DNA of 64,000 bases from Cyanobacteria bacterium auto_48_18 (GCA_036170915.1 JAVHQC010000036.1:192001-256000); one strand, 5' to 3'. Positions 9,802-20,220 are shown, numbered from the stretch's first letter. The notes: generated by a model from the letters alone, not told the origin. Numbers and translations: made by a program.

Positions 9802-11604
9802 CTATTTGGAAGTTTTTGGCAATTTGCGCTCAGCTTTAAAGTCTCCAGTTGATGATTGATTTTGCTCAGCTGATTTTGCCGAACGCATAGCTAAAACTTG
9901 CAAGAGCGGATTCGACTTTAAATCGCGGGCAAACTGATATTCAAGTTTCTCCATCAGAAGCGAACGCACTTCATCTGGACTTATAGCTCCGCCGGCACTT
10001 GCTGTAGCAACAATGGACTCGATGCTGTTTTTTAGTTCCTGAACAAAATCTTCCACTGGTATACCGCGGGGCAAAATCACACCACGCAAAGTAACATCAG
10101 GGCCGCCTACAATTTTGCCTGACTGGTCAATAGTCACGGCAATAACGACAAGGCCGTCATCAGCCAGTCTTTGCCGTTCAGCCACGATCTCTTCGTCAAT
10201 AAAGAAATCGCGGTTAAAGTCAATTAGAAGTATTCCTGAATCGACAGTACCAGACATTTTACCGGCATCGGCCGTCAATTCGAGTACTTCTCCATTGTCC
10301 ATAACAAAGACGTTTTCTTCAGGCACACCGCACTCTACAGCCAGTTCACCGTGACGAACAAGCATGCGATATTCACCGTGCACCGGCATGAAAAATTTCG
10401 GTTTGCACAAGTTGATCATGAGCTTTTGTTCTTCCTGGCAGCCGTGTCCGCTGACATGTACACCAGCATCACGTCCATAAATCACTTTGGCACCACGCAC
10501 ACAAAGAGCGTTAATAGTATTGGCTACTGAGCGCTCATTACCCGGAATTGGAGTGGCCGAGATAATCACCGTGTCACCAGCATTGATCTTGATGGCACGG
10601 TGCTCGTCGTTAGCAATGCGCGTTAAAGCCGACATGGGTTCGCCTTGACTGCCGGTGGTGAGAATTACCACTTTATCTTTCGGCAACTGATTGACCTGAT
10701 CAACTGGTACAAGCAAACCGTCTGGGTAAGACATATAACCAAGCTCACGAGCGATACTGGCGAAGGTCAACATAGACCGGCCTAAGACTGCCACTTTGCG
10801 CTCATAATTCATTGCGGCCTGCAAAACTTGCTTAACGCGATTAACATTGCTGGCAAAAGTGGTGACTATAATTCGACCTTTAGCATTGGCGAATGATTCG
10901 TTGATTTTTGCCCAAACTGTGCGCTCTGATGGTGTGAAACCTTCCCGCTCAGAATTGGTGCTGTCACTCATCAAAAGTAAAATGCCCTCTTCGCTGGCAG
11001 CAGCGATACTGGCAATATCAGACTGTTCTCCATCAACAGGAGTAAAGTCGAATTTAAAATCGCCGGTATGAAGAAGAACTCCCACAGGTGTTCTTATCAC
11101 AAGCGAGAAAGCATCAGCTATAGAATGGGTGCAGCGAATAAACTCAACATTGAAGCAACCCATTTGCACACGCTGACGCGGCTTCACTTGTTTCAAACTG
11201 GTGCGGCCTTGCAAGCCACCCTCAGAAAGTTTTTTCTCGAGTAAACCCAGAGCCAGGGCAGGGCCGTAAATGCTAGGCAGAGTCACTTCACGCAGTAAAA
11301 AAGGAATGCCACCGATATGATCTTCATGTCCGTGGGTGACAGCCAGACCACGCAGATATTGTTGATTTTGAGCCAGGAAACTTAAGTCTGGTAGCACCAG
11401 ATCGACCCCGAGCATTTCTTCAGATGGAAAAGCTAAACCGGCATCAACCAGAATAATGTCTTCACCATAGCAAATGGCCATGGTGTTCTTGCCGATTTCG
11501 CCAAGGCCACCCAGAGCAATAATTTTCAGGGTCTTGCTGGTGGAAAAAGCGGAAGTCGGCTTTAGCTCCGGCTTAATTTCATTCAGTTTATTTGCGTCAG
11601 TCAC
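9802..11604 (-). CDS. rnj: Ribonuclease J
   Basis: LGGLGEIGKN, THGHEDHIG, HTGDFKFD, SDSTN, TGSQGEP, HVSGH, PVHGEYR. Confidence 0.97.
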   Translation of the reverse strand: MTDANKLNEIKPELKPTSAFSTSKTLKIIALGGLGEIGKNTMAICYGEDIILVDAGLAFPSEEMLGVDLVLPDLSFLAQNQQYLRGLAVTHGHEDHIGGIPFLLREVTLPSIYGPALALGLLEKKLSEGGLQGRTSLKQVKPRQRVQMGCFNVEFIRCTHSIADAFSLVIRTPVGVLLHTGDFKFDFTPVDGEQSDIASIAAASEEGILLLMSDSTNSEREGFTPSERTVWAKINESFANAKGRIIVTTFASNVNRVKQVLQAAMNYERKVAVLGRSMLTFASIARELGYMSYPDGLLVPVDQVNQLPKDKVVILTTGSQGEPMSALTRIANDEHRAIKINAGDTVIISATPIPGNERSVANTINALCVRGAKVIYGRDAGVHVSGHGCQEEQKLMINLCKPKFFMPVHGEYRMLVRHGELAVECGVPEENVFVMDNGEVLELTADAGKMSGTVDSGILLIDFNRDFFIDEEIVAERQRLADDGLVVIAVTIDQSGKIVGGPDVTLRGVILPRGIPVEDFVQELKNSIESIVATASAGGAISPDEVRSLLMEKLEYQFARDLKSNPLLQVLAMRSAKSAEQNQSSTGDFKAERKLPKTSK

Positions 11605-11631
11605 CTGGGAATCCTCATCATCTTTCTCTGT

Positions 11632-12561
11632 CTAACCGGGCTGCAATGCTTTTGTTTCGCGTTTTTCCAAAGTGAAATTTTTAAGTACTTCATCTAATGC
11701 CGCTTTCTGTGCGCTGTCTAGCGGTATGAGCGGCAGACGCAGGTGTGGCTGGCAAAGCCCCATTTTTGCCAGAGCATACTTAACGCAGGTCGGATTCGGT
11801 GCTGTGAACAAGCCCTTAAACATAGCCATGCACTGATAGTGAATGGCCCGCGCCTGATCTGGCTTTCCGGCAAAAAAGGCATTCTGCATTGACATGATTT
11901 CTTTGCCGATAACATGGCTTGCCACTGAAATCACACCAGAGGCACCAACAGACAAAAAGGGCAGCGTCAAATTATCATCGCCAGAATAAATATTGAAATC
12001 AGGCCTGGCTGCAGCTGCAATGTCTGAAGCCTGCTCAACGTTTCCTGTGGAATCTTTAAGAGCGTGAATAGTTTTGTGACTCTGGCTCAAAGCAATAATA
12101 GTGTCAGCAGCTATATTGATGCCAGTGCGACCAGGAATATTGTAGACAATCAGCGGCAAGCTCGAGGCGTCGGCAATAACGCCAAAGTGAGCAAGCAGAC
12201 CAGCCTGACTGGGTTTGTTGTAGTATGGTGCCACCACGAGGGCGCCATCGGCACCAAGAGCGGCAGCAGTTTCTGTGGCTTTGATAGACTTGCTGGTTAC
12301 GTTAGAGCCTGTGCCCATGATAATTTTGATGCGTTTGCTATTCACAGCGATCACTGCTTTGAGCAAATCTTCTTTTTCATGGTCATCTAGTGTCGGGCTT
12401 TCACCGGTGGTGCCATTAACCACAATTGCTGTGGTACCAGTGGCAATTAGATGCTCGACGATAGCATCTACGGCTGGGAAATCGATTTTCAACTCTTCGT
12501 CAAAAGGTGTGACCATGGCTGTCACCATGCGACCAAACAGTCGAGCGTCGGTGCTAATCAT
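11632..12561 (-). CDS. dapA: 4-hydroxy-tetrahydrodipicolinate synthase
   Basis: TAMVTPF, GTTGES, PYYNKP, YNIPGRT, KDSTG, SGDD. Confidence 0.97.
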   Translation of the reverse strand: MISTDARLFGRMVTAMVTPFDEELKIDFPAVDAIVEHLIATGTTAIVVNGTTGESPTLDDHEKEDLLKAVIAVNSKRIKIIMGTGSNVTSKSIKATETAAALGADGALVVAPYYNKPSQAGLLAHFGVIADASSLPLIVYNIPGRTGINIAADTIIALSQSHKTIHALKDSTGNVEQASDIAAAARPDFNIYSGDDNLTLPFLSVGASGVISVASHVIGKEIMSMQNAFFAGKPDQARAIHYQCMAMFKGLFTAPNPTCVKYALAKMGLCQPHLRLPLIPLDSAQKAALDEVLKNFTLEKRETKALQPG

Positions 12562-12587
12562 CTAATATCTCCTGACTAAGCATGAAA

Positions 12588-13424
12588 TCATAATTTTAAA
12601 ATGGACTCCAAACCGACCTTCAATTCAGAAATATTGATCACCGCTTTGACAGAGAGCGCGATACCCTTTAAAAAGCAATTGGTATTGAAGCTGTCGTGAC
12701 GGATAGTGAGAAGTTCCCCGTCGCTACCAAAAATCACGTCTTGATGCGAGATCAGGCCTGGCAATCGCAAAGAGTGAACTCTGACGCCAGAGCTGTGTTC
12801 GGCCCCTCGTGCATGAGGTAGCAGTTCATGCTCATTGATTTCGTTAACGTTGAACTTCTTATCGCTGGCGGCCATTTTACTTAAGGTGTGCATGGCAGTA
12901 CCTGATGGCGCATCCACCTTTTTTGTGTGATGCATCTCGACAATTTCAGCGTTACCATAAAATTTACTGGCTTGTCGGGCAAATTCCATCATCAAAACTG
13001 CACCAATGGAGAAATTTGGTATCACCATGGCACCCAGATTTTTTTCAGCAGCCATTACAGCAAGCTGTTGAATTTGATCTTTGCTCAAACCTGAAGTACC
13101 TATTACAGGCCTGATGCCGTTATCTAAAGCCTTCTTAGCGCACTCAAAAGAAACATCAGCCACCATAAAATCAAGAATTACATCAGGCTTACAGAGTTCC
13201 AGCATGGTTTCAAAAGACTGGCAGACTGGGAGCCCGAGCTGACTGTTGTCAGCTGTAACATCAGTAAATTCGCTTAAGTCGCAACCGACATATTTGGCCC
13301 CTGGTCGACCAAAAGCACCCACCAGTTCGAAGGCACCATCAGTAAGCACTGGTGTCAGACTGGCGCGTCCCATGCGACCGTTCACGCCAGCAATGGCAAC
13401 TTTTATGCGATCTGTTTCTTGCAT
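12588..13424 (-). CDS. dapB: 4-hydroxy-tetrahydrodipicolinate reductase
   Basis: GVNGRMG, VIGTSG, PNFSIG, EMHHTKKVDAPSGTA. Confidence 0.97.
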   Translation of the reverse strand: MQETDRIKVAIAGVNGRMGRASLTPVLTDGAFELVGAFGRPGAKYVGCDLSEFTDVTADNSQLGLPVCQSFETMLELCKPDVILDFMVADVSFECAKKALDNGIRPVIGTSGLSKDQIQQLAVMAAEKNLGAMVIPNFSIGAVLMMEFARQASKFYGNAEIVEMHHTKKVDAPSGTAMHTLSKMAASDKKFNVNEINEHELLPHARGAEHSSGVRVHSLRLPGLISHQDVIFGSDGELLTIRHDSFNTNCFLKGIALSVKAVINISELKVGLESILKL

Positions 13425-13434
13425 TTGGCTGGCC

Positions 13435-13911
13435 CTAAATTAGCCGACCAGTAGAGCCAAAACCACCAGCACCGCGCTCGGCGCTGTCGGCAAGCTCGTC
13501 TACTTCCACAATCTCAACACGAGGCACCGGTGTAATCAGCAGCTGGGCAATTCTTTCACCAGGTTCAAAGGTGTATGGTTTATCACCATGATTGATGACG
13601 AGCACTTGTACTTCGCCGCGATAGTCACTATCAATGGTGCCCACGCAATTTGTCAGGCTGATACCAGCTTTGTCTGCCAGACCCGAACGAGGTCTTACCT
13701 GACCCTCGTAGCCTACCGGAATTTCAACAATAATGCCGATGGGAATGCGGCACCTCTCGCCTGGCTGCAGAGTTACAGCTTCGGCCAGAGCATTGGTTAA
13801 ATCGAGGCCAGCAGAGCCTGCTGTGGCATACTTTGGCAATGCTTTGCAATGAGGTAGGCGCTTAACCTTTAGAGTAACGGTGCCTGTTTTTTCTTCGATT
13901 ACAGTTGACAT
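13435..13911 (-). CDS. dut: dUTP diphosphatase
   Basis: AGLDL, RPRSG, GTIDSDYRGE, RIAQL, RGAGGFGSTG; ATG 13911 preceded by GGAG (ORF opens at 13944). Confidence 0.97.
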   Translation of the reverse strand: MSTVIEEKTGTVTLKVKRLPHCKALPKYATAGSAGLDLTNALAEAVTLQPGERCRIPIGIIVEIPVGYEGQVRPRSGLADKAGISLTNCVGTIDSDYRGEVQVLVINHGDKPYTFEPGERIAQLLITPVPRVEIVEVDELADSAERGAGGFGSTGRLI

Positions 13912-13940
13912 ATTTTCTCCAATTTGATCAAGTGAAAATT

Positions 13941-15194
13941 TCAAGTGAGATTTAACTGATAACTTTCCGCCAATTCTTCTTTAGGTCCAACTACTACAAG
14001 TGACAACGATTCTTTTTTAAAGAGGAAATTAGCCAGCTCCATAACCGCCTCATTAGTGACGCCTTCGATGTCAGTGCGCGATTCTTCTAATGGCACGATG
14101 CGATTGTAATGCATCAAGTCTGAGGCATTGTTTGTGCTGCGGGCGCTCATTGATTCTAAGTCCATAAGCAAATCACTGCGCAACTGTGTCTTGGCGCGCT
14201 TAATTTCAGCTGCAGTAAAGCCTTCAGTTTTTACGCGTTCCAATTCTTGAACAATCAGGTCCAAAACAGGGCCTGTGTTCTCTGGTGTCATGGCGGCGTA
14301 GATGGCAAACTGACCGCAATTGCGGTAACAATGCTGCATACTAGCCACTGTATAAACAAGGCCGCGTCTTTCGCGAATTTCTCTAAACAAACGCGATGAA
14401 GCAGAAGCTGCCAGATTTAAATCGAGCACTTGCATAGCATCAATGCGTTTATCACTGTGGCTCAAGCTCGGCAAAGTGAGCATTAGTTGCGCCTGCTCAA
14501 TGCCTTTGTCACGCACAATGTTGAATACTCGGGGCTGAGGGGTAGGTGGCTTTGGCCCTTGGCCCGGCGATAACTTACCCAGCTCGTTAGACAACCAGGC
14601 AATGGTCGCCTCTTCATCAAAATTGCCGGCGATAGATATGACCATTCTCTCAGGACGATAGAAGCGCTGATAATGCTCGTAGATCATTTGTTGGTTGATA
14701 CCATGCACGGTATCAACCGTGCCGATAATGGGATAGCTGTGAGCGTAACCTTTCCATAAATTGAGGTAGGCAAGCTCTTGGGCAACATCAGCAGAATCGT
14801 CTTCGTACATCTGCATTTCGTCGAGAATAACCTGTTTCTCGAGCGTGAGATCCATGACGTCGAATCTAGGTGAGGTGACCATGTCGATCATGATGTCGAG
14901 AGCCACGGGTAAATGCTCACCGAGCACATGGCCGTATATTTTTGTCAGTTCCTTTGATGTGGAAGCACCAAGCATGCCACCAACATCTTCAATATCTTCG
15001 GCAATCTGCTCAGCCGATCTTTTTTCGCTGCCTTTAAACAACATGTGCTCGATGCAATGGGAGACGCCATTGTTCAAAGCCGTTTCGTAGGCAGAGCCAA
15101 CTTCTATCCAGAGATCGATGGCAGCCGAATAAACGGACTCCACGACCTCGGTCACTATTCTTGCCCCGTTAGGGAGAGTGGTGGTCCGAATCAT
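13941..15194 (-). CDS. M16 family (pitrilysin/MPP-like) zinc peptidase
   Basis: TTLPNG, inverted zinc motif HCIEH-MLFKG, SSRLFREIRERRGLVY. Confidence 0.95.
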   Translation of the reverse strand: MIRTTTLPNGARIVTEVVESVYSAAIDLWIEVGSAYETALNNGVSHCIEHMLFKGSEKRSAEQIAEDIEDVGGMLGASTSKELTKIYGHVLGEHLPVALDIMIDMVTSPRFDVMDLTLEKQVILDEMQMYEDDSADVAQELAYLNLWKGYAHSYPIIGTVDTVHGINQQMIYEHYQRFYRPERMVISIAGNFDEEATIAWLSNELGKLSPGQGPKPPTPQPRVFNIVRDKGIEQAQLMLTLPSLSHSDKRIDAMQVLDLNLAASASSRLFREIRERRGLVYTVASMQHCYRNCGQFAIYAAMTPENTGPVLDLIVQELERVKTEGFTAAEIKRAKTQLRSDLLMDLESMSARSTNNASDLMHYNRIVPLEESRTDIEGVTNEAVMELANFLFKKESLSLVVVGPKEELAESYQLNLT

Positions 15195-15438
15195 CGCGTT
15201 TGCATGAAGGAAAGACTTATGAGACGACTATTCTAGCATTTATTGACACTTAACCCGCGGCTTTTGACAATTACCCCTTTTCATAACTGGTTTCAGGTAA
15301 AGAAATATAATGCCTACAGGGCTTACGGTTAGCAAGCTTAATTCGCTGCTGGCGCTTTTCTATTAGAATTACCGTGCAGAGCATCAATTACGATTACCGT
15401 TACGGTTTATCTACTTTTTTTAATTTGGAGAGTCCACC

Positions 15439-16290
15439 TTGCGTGTTGCGCTCGGCATCGTCACTTACAACAATCCATTTGCACAAATTCAGCAACTTCT
15501 GAATTCGATATCTCTTTGTAGCACTGTGCTTAAAGAAAAAGCTGAATTGGTGATTTTCGTTGTGGACAATGGGGAAGACAGCAGTGCCCACTTTCAAAAC
15601 TGGCAAGATAACTGCAAAGATAAAGGATTCTCAATAGTAAGTTTGACTTCTCAGGGTAATGTTGGTTTTGGAGCCGGCATGAATCGCCTGATGGAGACCG
15701 CATTTAAGGAACATAATTGCAGCTATTTTATCTGCGTCAACCCTGACGGAGTTTTTCATCGACTGGCCATTGAACGCATGCTCGAAACTCAGGCAAAATT
15801 TGCTCCCTGCCTTGTAGAAGCCCGTCAATTTCCGGAAGAACATCCCAAACAATACGACCCAGACTCGTTTGATACACCATGGACAAGTGGTGCTTGCCTG
15901 ATGATACCAGCGCAAATTTATGCTCAAATTGGTGGCTTTGATGATCGCTTCTTTATGTACATGGAAGATGTAGATCTGTCGTGGCGCGCACGCTGTGCCA
16001 ACTTTTCCACAAAAGTCTGTCACGATGCCTACTTTGGCCATCAAGTGATTGGTCGCAAACCATCAGACAGAATTGAAAAAATGATTTTCGTCTCCGCCCG
16101 GGCACTGGCTGCAAAATGGCAGGCGAAAGCCTTTCAGCAGTGGGTTGAAGAGCAAATGTTGGAGCGAAAGTTTTTCGAAAGCCGAGAACAAATGCCAGCT
16201 CTAATCAACAACTTTAGTGTTCCCGACAATGCCGGCAGCGTTGTCAATTTTGAGCACCACTTTACCTTTTCCCAGGCACGGTGGGAATAA
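15439..16290 (+). CDS. Glycosyltransferase family 2 (WbbL/RgpE-like)
   Basis: IVTYNN, VVDN, NVGFGAGMN, NPD, GGFDDRFFMYMEDVDLSWR. Confidence 0.9.
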   Translation: MRVALGIVTYNNPFAQIQQLLNSISLCSTVLKEKAELVIFVVDNGEDSSAHFQNWQDNCKDKGFSIVSLTSQGNVGFGAGMNRLMETAFKEHNCSYFICVNPDGVFHRLAIERMLETQAKFAPCLVEARQFPEEHPKQYDPDSFDTPWTSGACLMIPAQIYAQIGGFDDRFFMYMEDVDLSWRARCANFSTKVCHDAYFGHQVIGRKPSDRIEKMIFVSARALAAKWQAKAFQQWVEEQMLERKFFESREQMPALINNFSVPDNAGSVVNFEHHFTFSQARWE

Positions 16291-17348
16291 TGCTGGCTCA
16301 AGACTTGATATCAGTTGTAGTGCGTTTTCATGACATAGCTAAACTCGAAGAATTCGAGCAGTGCATATTTTCAGTGTGTTTGCAAAACATTGAACAGCTT
16401 GAGTTAGTGGTGGTCGTCAAAAATTTTGATCAACCAAAGTTAGCGGCGGTAGAATCGACTTGCGCCCAACAACCATGGCTCCATCCTCCAATCATCAAAA
16501 TAGTTGACTGCTCCACGCCTGATGGCGGCGACACACGGGCGCTGGCTCTGAAAAGCGGCATTGAAACGGCCACAGGACGGTATCTGGCATTTCTTGATCA
16601 TGATGATGTTGTTTATCACGACTGTTATGCCACGCTGAAAAATCTGTTGCACGAGTCTAAAGCCATAGTAGCCTTCGGTCGAACAAGGCTGGCAGTGACA
16701 AAAAATGTCAACGGCAATTCATACAACGTAGCCAAGAAAAAGTGGTTTTTCTGGGGTGACAGTCGGCGTGATTTATGGAAAGGCAACTTCATTGTCATCC
16801 ACTCGTACATGATTGACCGTGACCGGCTGCCAGTGCCACTCACTGTCGATACCAGTTTTTCCAGATTGGAAGATTATGCTCTGCTTCTCAAACTGTCGGT
16901 AGAAGGAGAGTTCGTCAAAACAGAAGACATTGTTTGCGAATATCGTATTCCACTTGGTCATGAGCTTTGCGAAGAGGCTTTCGACATGCCTTGCCAGTTA
17001 AGCGAAGCTCAAAAGCTGGAATATAGCATTTGGCATTTAAACACAGAAAAACTGAACAGCCTTAAAGAAGGTCTGAGAGTAAACATGTCGCTTGAGCAGT
17101 TCAGTGAACTGATGGATGAACTGGCACAATTAAAAACCGAGCGCGCCAGGCTCTACGAAAGACTCGCCCATTCAGATGAAGTTTGGTCAAAGCATCTGGA
17201 AGAAGCTGAGTTGCTAAGTTTTCGCTTGCTCAGGCAAGGCCACGCTGCAGTGGCAAAGCCTGGACTACTGAGAGAAACGGTGAAGCACGTACGCACTTTT
17301 AGAAAGTTTTTTAAAAAACCGGAAAAGCAATCAGAGAAATTAGATTGA
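16290..17348 (+). CDS. Glycosyltransferase family 2 with a C-terminal coiled coil
   Basis: ISVVVR, ATGRYLAFLDHDD, LEDYALLL; ATG overlaps the upstream TAA (TAATG). Confidence 0.85.
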   Translation: MLAQDLISVVVRFHDIAKLEEFEQCIFSVCLQNIEQLELVVVVKNFDQPKLAAVESTCAQQPWLHPPIIKIVDCSTPDGGDTRALALKSGIETATGRYLAFLDHDDVVYHDCYATLKNLLHESKAIVAFGRTRLAVTKNVNGNSYNVAKKKWFFWGDSRRDLWKGNFIVIHSYMIDRDRLPVPLTVDTSFSRLEDYALLLKLSVEGEFVKTEDIVCEYRIPLGHELCEEAFDMPCQLSEAQKLEYSIWHLNTEKLNSLKEGLRVNMSLEQFSELMDELAQLKTERARLYERLAHSDEVWSKHLEEAELLSFRLLRQGHAAVAKPGLLRETVKHVRTFRKFFKKPEKQSEKLD

Positions 17349-18289
17349 CGCAGCCAGAAATAAACCTGAGCAAAGAGAAAGTACTGCTGCTGCTGAACCA
17401 TGCTGAAATATCTTCTCAGTCAATAAAACTCTTAGAGTCGGCAACCCAGGATAACACGCGATTAACAGCTCTGGTGCCTGACTTTGGCACAGCCTCAAAG
17501 TGGATGGCAGAGCAGGGTGTCTATTCATTTCTCAATAAATCTACCGACTGCAAAAGTAGCCGGCAACGCATGGCCGAAACACTTCAATTTCTTCAGCAAC
17601 ACGGCTTTACTCAACTGATTTTTAGCGATAACAGCACAGAGCCTCATTTTGCTCAAGCTTTCAAATTGCTTAATCAAGGCAATTGGCAGCAACGCCAACT
17701 AGATAGTGCCGTGATTTTAGAACTTAAAAGCAAGAGCTATGCCATGAAAAGTGTGGGCGCGGCAATGACTAATTATTTGCTTTATGACGAGCAACAAGGC
17801 CTCACCAGGCGCCTTTATTTAGGGCTAAAAAGAAGTATTGAGTCTTTGCTCTGCTTTATGGTGCTGCTTTTACTGAGCCCGATTCTAGCGCTTTTGCTTT
17901 TATTGAAAGTAGGTACGATTGCGCCAAAGACTATTCTTGGTCAAGCAAATCGCAAAAGAAACATCAACATTCTGGCACGCACTGATGCAAAAGCATTAGA
18001 GAACCAAGTTCCAGGCTGGTGGCTACCTGCCCTGTGGAACGTTTGCACCGGAGAACTGAGCCTCATAGGGCCACGCATTGTTTCACTCGAGGCTGATAAC
18101 AGTGCCTTTAGTGCCGATTTATATTATCAACTGGCACCAGGCCTAATCAGTCGTTCTAATTTAAAGGCAAGCGAAGGCCTCAGCCCAGCCCAACTCGATG
18201 AGCTGGATCAGGCCTATATGGTCGCTTGCAATCCAATATTAGACTGCAAAATCATGTTGCTGGCTCTTCTCAAACTAGTAAAACTCTAG
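17345..18289 (+). CDS. Divergent sugar-transferase (PglC/WcaJ C-terminal-like) domain protein
   Basis: KRSIE + TM (LLLSPIL), LPALWNVCTGELSLIGPR, PGL, ELDQAY, LDCKI. Confidence 0.7.
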   Translation: MTQPEINLSKEKVLLLLNHAEISSQSIKLLESATQDNTRLTALVPDFGTASKWMAEQGVYSFLNKSTDCKSSRQRMAETLQFLQQHGFTQLIFSDNSTEPHFAQAFKLLNQGNWQQRQLDSAVILELKSKSYAMKSVGAAMTNYLLYDEQQGLTRRLYLGLKRSIESLLCFMVLLLLSPILALLLLLKVGTIAPKTILGQANRKRNINILARTDAKALENQVPGWWLPALWNVCTGELSLIGPRIVSLEADNSAFSADLYYQLAPGLISRSNLKASEGLSPAQLDELDQAYMVACNPILDCKIMLLALLKLVKL

Positions 18290-19818
18290 TTATCTGACTT
18301 AAAGACACCACGCATGATTTTGCGTTTGGCTCTACCAGCAACACCCCTGATCTGCGACGTAAGAGTGGGTTCCACTGGCAATGGCTCTCGGTTCTGTACG
18401 CCGGCATCATAGCCCCTTTGATAAGCATCAGAATAGGCGGCGCGAATTGCCGCATCATATCCACGATCAAAGCCGGCAGCAATCCAGGGCACCGCTTTTT
18501 TCAAAACAAACTCTTCGCCGTCATGTGTAAGTGAGTCGCCCAGAGACTTTGCCACAACTGCAAAACCATTTTGCGCTTTAGAATTTCGCGCTCTGAAATT
18601 AGTTAATGCCTGCTGGTAGACTTTTAAGCTCAAATCGTAATTGGTACCAAGATCGCAGACCTGGTGCAAATTCTCTAAACCCTTCTTCGACAAGTTCTCA
18701 CGTAAATTCTGATCTGAAGCCACTTTGATTAGACCGTCAGCTAAAGCGGCCGGATCTTTGGGTTCTACCAGGATGACAGTTTCACCTGCAATTTGATATT
18801 CCGGCAGACCACCAACACTGGTGGCAACACAACAAGCTCCGCAACTTTGTGCTTCTAAAAGACTGTAGCAAGCAGTTTCATAACGCGAGGGGAAAACGCA
18901 AATATCGGTTTCCATAATTAATTCCTGAATTCTTTCACGTGATAAAAATCCAGTAAAAGTAACCTTCTCACTCAGACCAAGTTCATCCAAACGCTTACGC
19001 AGAGTCTGTGCTTGTGAGGTAAAGACACCGTATTCAGTGCAATCATTGCCGCCAAGAATCAGGTGTGCTGCGGGAAATTGTTTGAGAACAGCTGGTAAAG
19101 CTTCGATTAACGTATCAGTGCCTTTCTGCCTCTGCACGCGACCCCAGAAAAATATCTTGGGAAAATTTTCACCAGCGGCAAAGGACGCCTTTAGCGGCGA
19201 ACCAGGTGGAGTGACAAAAGCGGTACGAATGACGTGGAAATCTTCAATTGGTTTGCCAATCAACCCATTGAGACGGTGCGCCAGTTCTCGACAAATAACA
19301 ATGACTGCGTCTGCCTCAGCCACAGGAGCCAACTCGAGAGCCTCAATCATGGCGGTGTCTGGGTCAGCGTACTTGCCAACATCGTTACTCTTAATTAGCT
19401 GCGAAAGCGAACCATAGCAACGCACCACCACCGGATACTTCTTCTCAGCAGCAAAGAAAAAGCCCAGTCCGTTGAATTCCTGGCACTCAATTAAATCGGG
19501 GGCGAATTCTTCTAGTATTTTTTTAGAACCTTCAAAAAGATCCTTAGCCCGTGCCACATGGCGATTATAGTTCTCCACCGACGGCAAGCCCGAAAAAGCT
19601 TGATAACGCTCGAAGTCGATGCGCTTGCGAAATACTTTTATGCCCGCCACTTCAATTACATCGGTGCAGCAGTCAGTAACAGTTTCAGGATGCAAGGTCA
19701 AGACAAGAACTTCATGGCCTTCTTCTTTGAGCTTGAGGGCGAAATACCATGTAGCAGGGAAACCCGGTTCTTCGTCGACTGTTGAAGGAAATGTTCCGAC
19801 TACCATTGCAATGCGCAT
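18286..19818 (-). CDS. Glycosyltransferase family 4
   Basis: MRIAMV, GRVQRQKG, FPSRYE...LLEAQSCG, VGGLPE. Confidence 0.92.
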   Translation of the reverse strand: MRIAMVVGTFPSTVDEEPGFPATWYFALKLKEEGHEVLVLTLHPETVTDCCTDVIEVAGIKVFRKRIDFERYQAFSGLPSVENYNRHVARAKDLFEGSKKILEEFAPDLIECQEFNGLGFFFAAEKKYPVVVRCYGSLSQLIKSNDVGKYADPDTAMIEALELAPVAEADAVIVICRELAHRLNGLIGKPIEDFHVIRTAFVTPPGSPLKASFAAGENFPKIFFWGRVQRQKGTDTLIEALPAVLKQFPAAHLILGGNDCTEYGVFTSQAQTLRKRLDELGLSEKVTFTGFLSRERIQELIMETDICVFPSRYETACYSLLEAQSCGACCVATSVGGLPEYQIAGETVILVEPKDPAALADGLIKVASDQNLRENLSKKGLENLHQVCDLGTNYDLSLKVYQQALTNFRARNSKAQNGFAVVAKSLGDSLTHDGEEFVLKKAVPWIAAGFDRGYDAAIRAAYSDAYQRGYDAGVQNREPLPVEPTLTSQIRGVAGRAKRKIMRGVFKSDN

Positions 19819-19977
19819 TTAATTCATGACCTGTTGTCTAGCGCTGCAAGTGAATGAGAGTACTGCCATAAAATAAGGAGACCAAACCAGGCAATCAGAC
19901 TGGAACCTCGCAACAGGCCCAGTATAACCCGGCCTACTCTTGACAAAACTCAAAGTAAATTAAGATATTTCTATAAC

Positions 19978-20220
19978 AAAAAACCGCCCGAACCAGTCGC
20001 GGCGGCGTTCTTGCTACTGTCTGACTGTCCGTTGCAGGACTCAGTATTTCACCGCGATTCAGTCAGTCCTTCACGCGATGCGGGCTCTCTGTGATGTTTC
20101 CGGAAGGCGCCTTCCTGAAGTTTCTACAGCACCCCTCGGCTTAATGTGACCACTTCGCTTAGTCACGCACCGTATACACTCAGAGTATCAAGGCGCCACC
20201 CGGCGAGGAAGTACCCCGTT
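19978..20220 (-). ncRNA. Structured ~215-240 nt ncRNA, probably 6S RNA, with an intrinsic terminator
   Basis: ORF-free gap; rod-like symmetry around the central palindrome GGAAGGCGCCTTCC (20102-20115); 5' end pairs with 3' end (10/13); terminal CCGCC...GGCGG-T-run. Confidence 0.5.

Noticed and set aside
19978..20220. tmRNA, RNase P RNA, SRP RNA, group II intron or IscB omega-RNA identity for the structured element
   Set aside because: Lacks the T-arm/CCA, GAGGAAAGUCC, GGAAGGAAGCAGC and domain V pairing; no adjacent nuclease or reverse transcriptase gene
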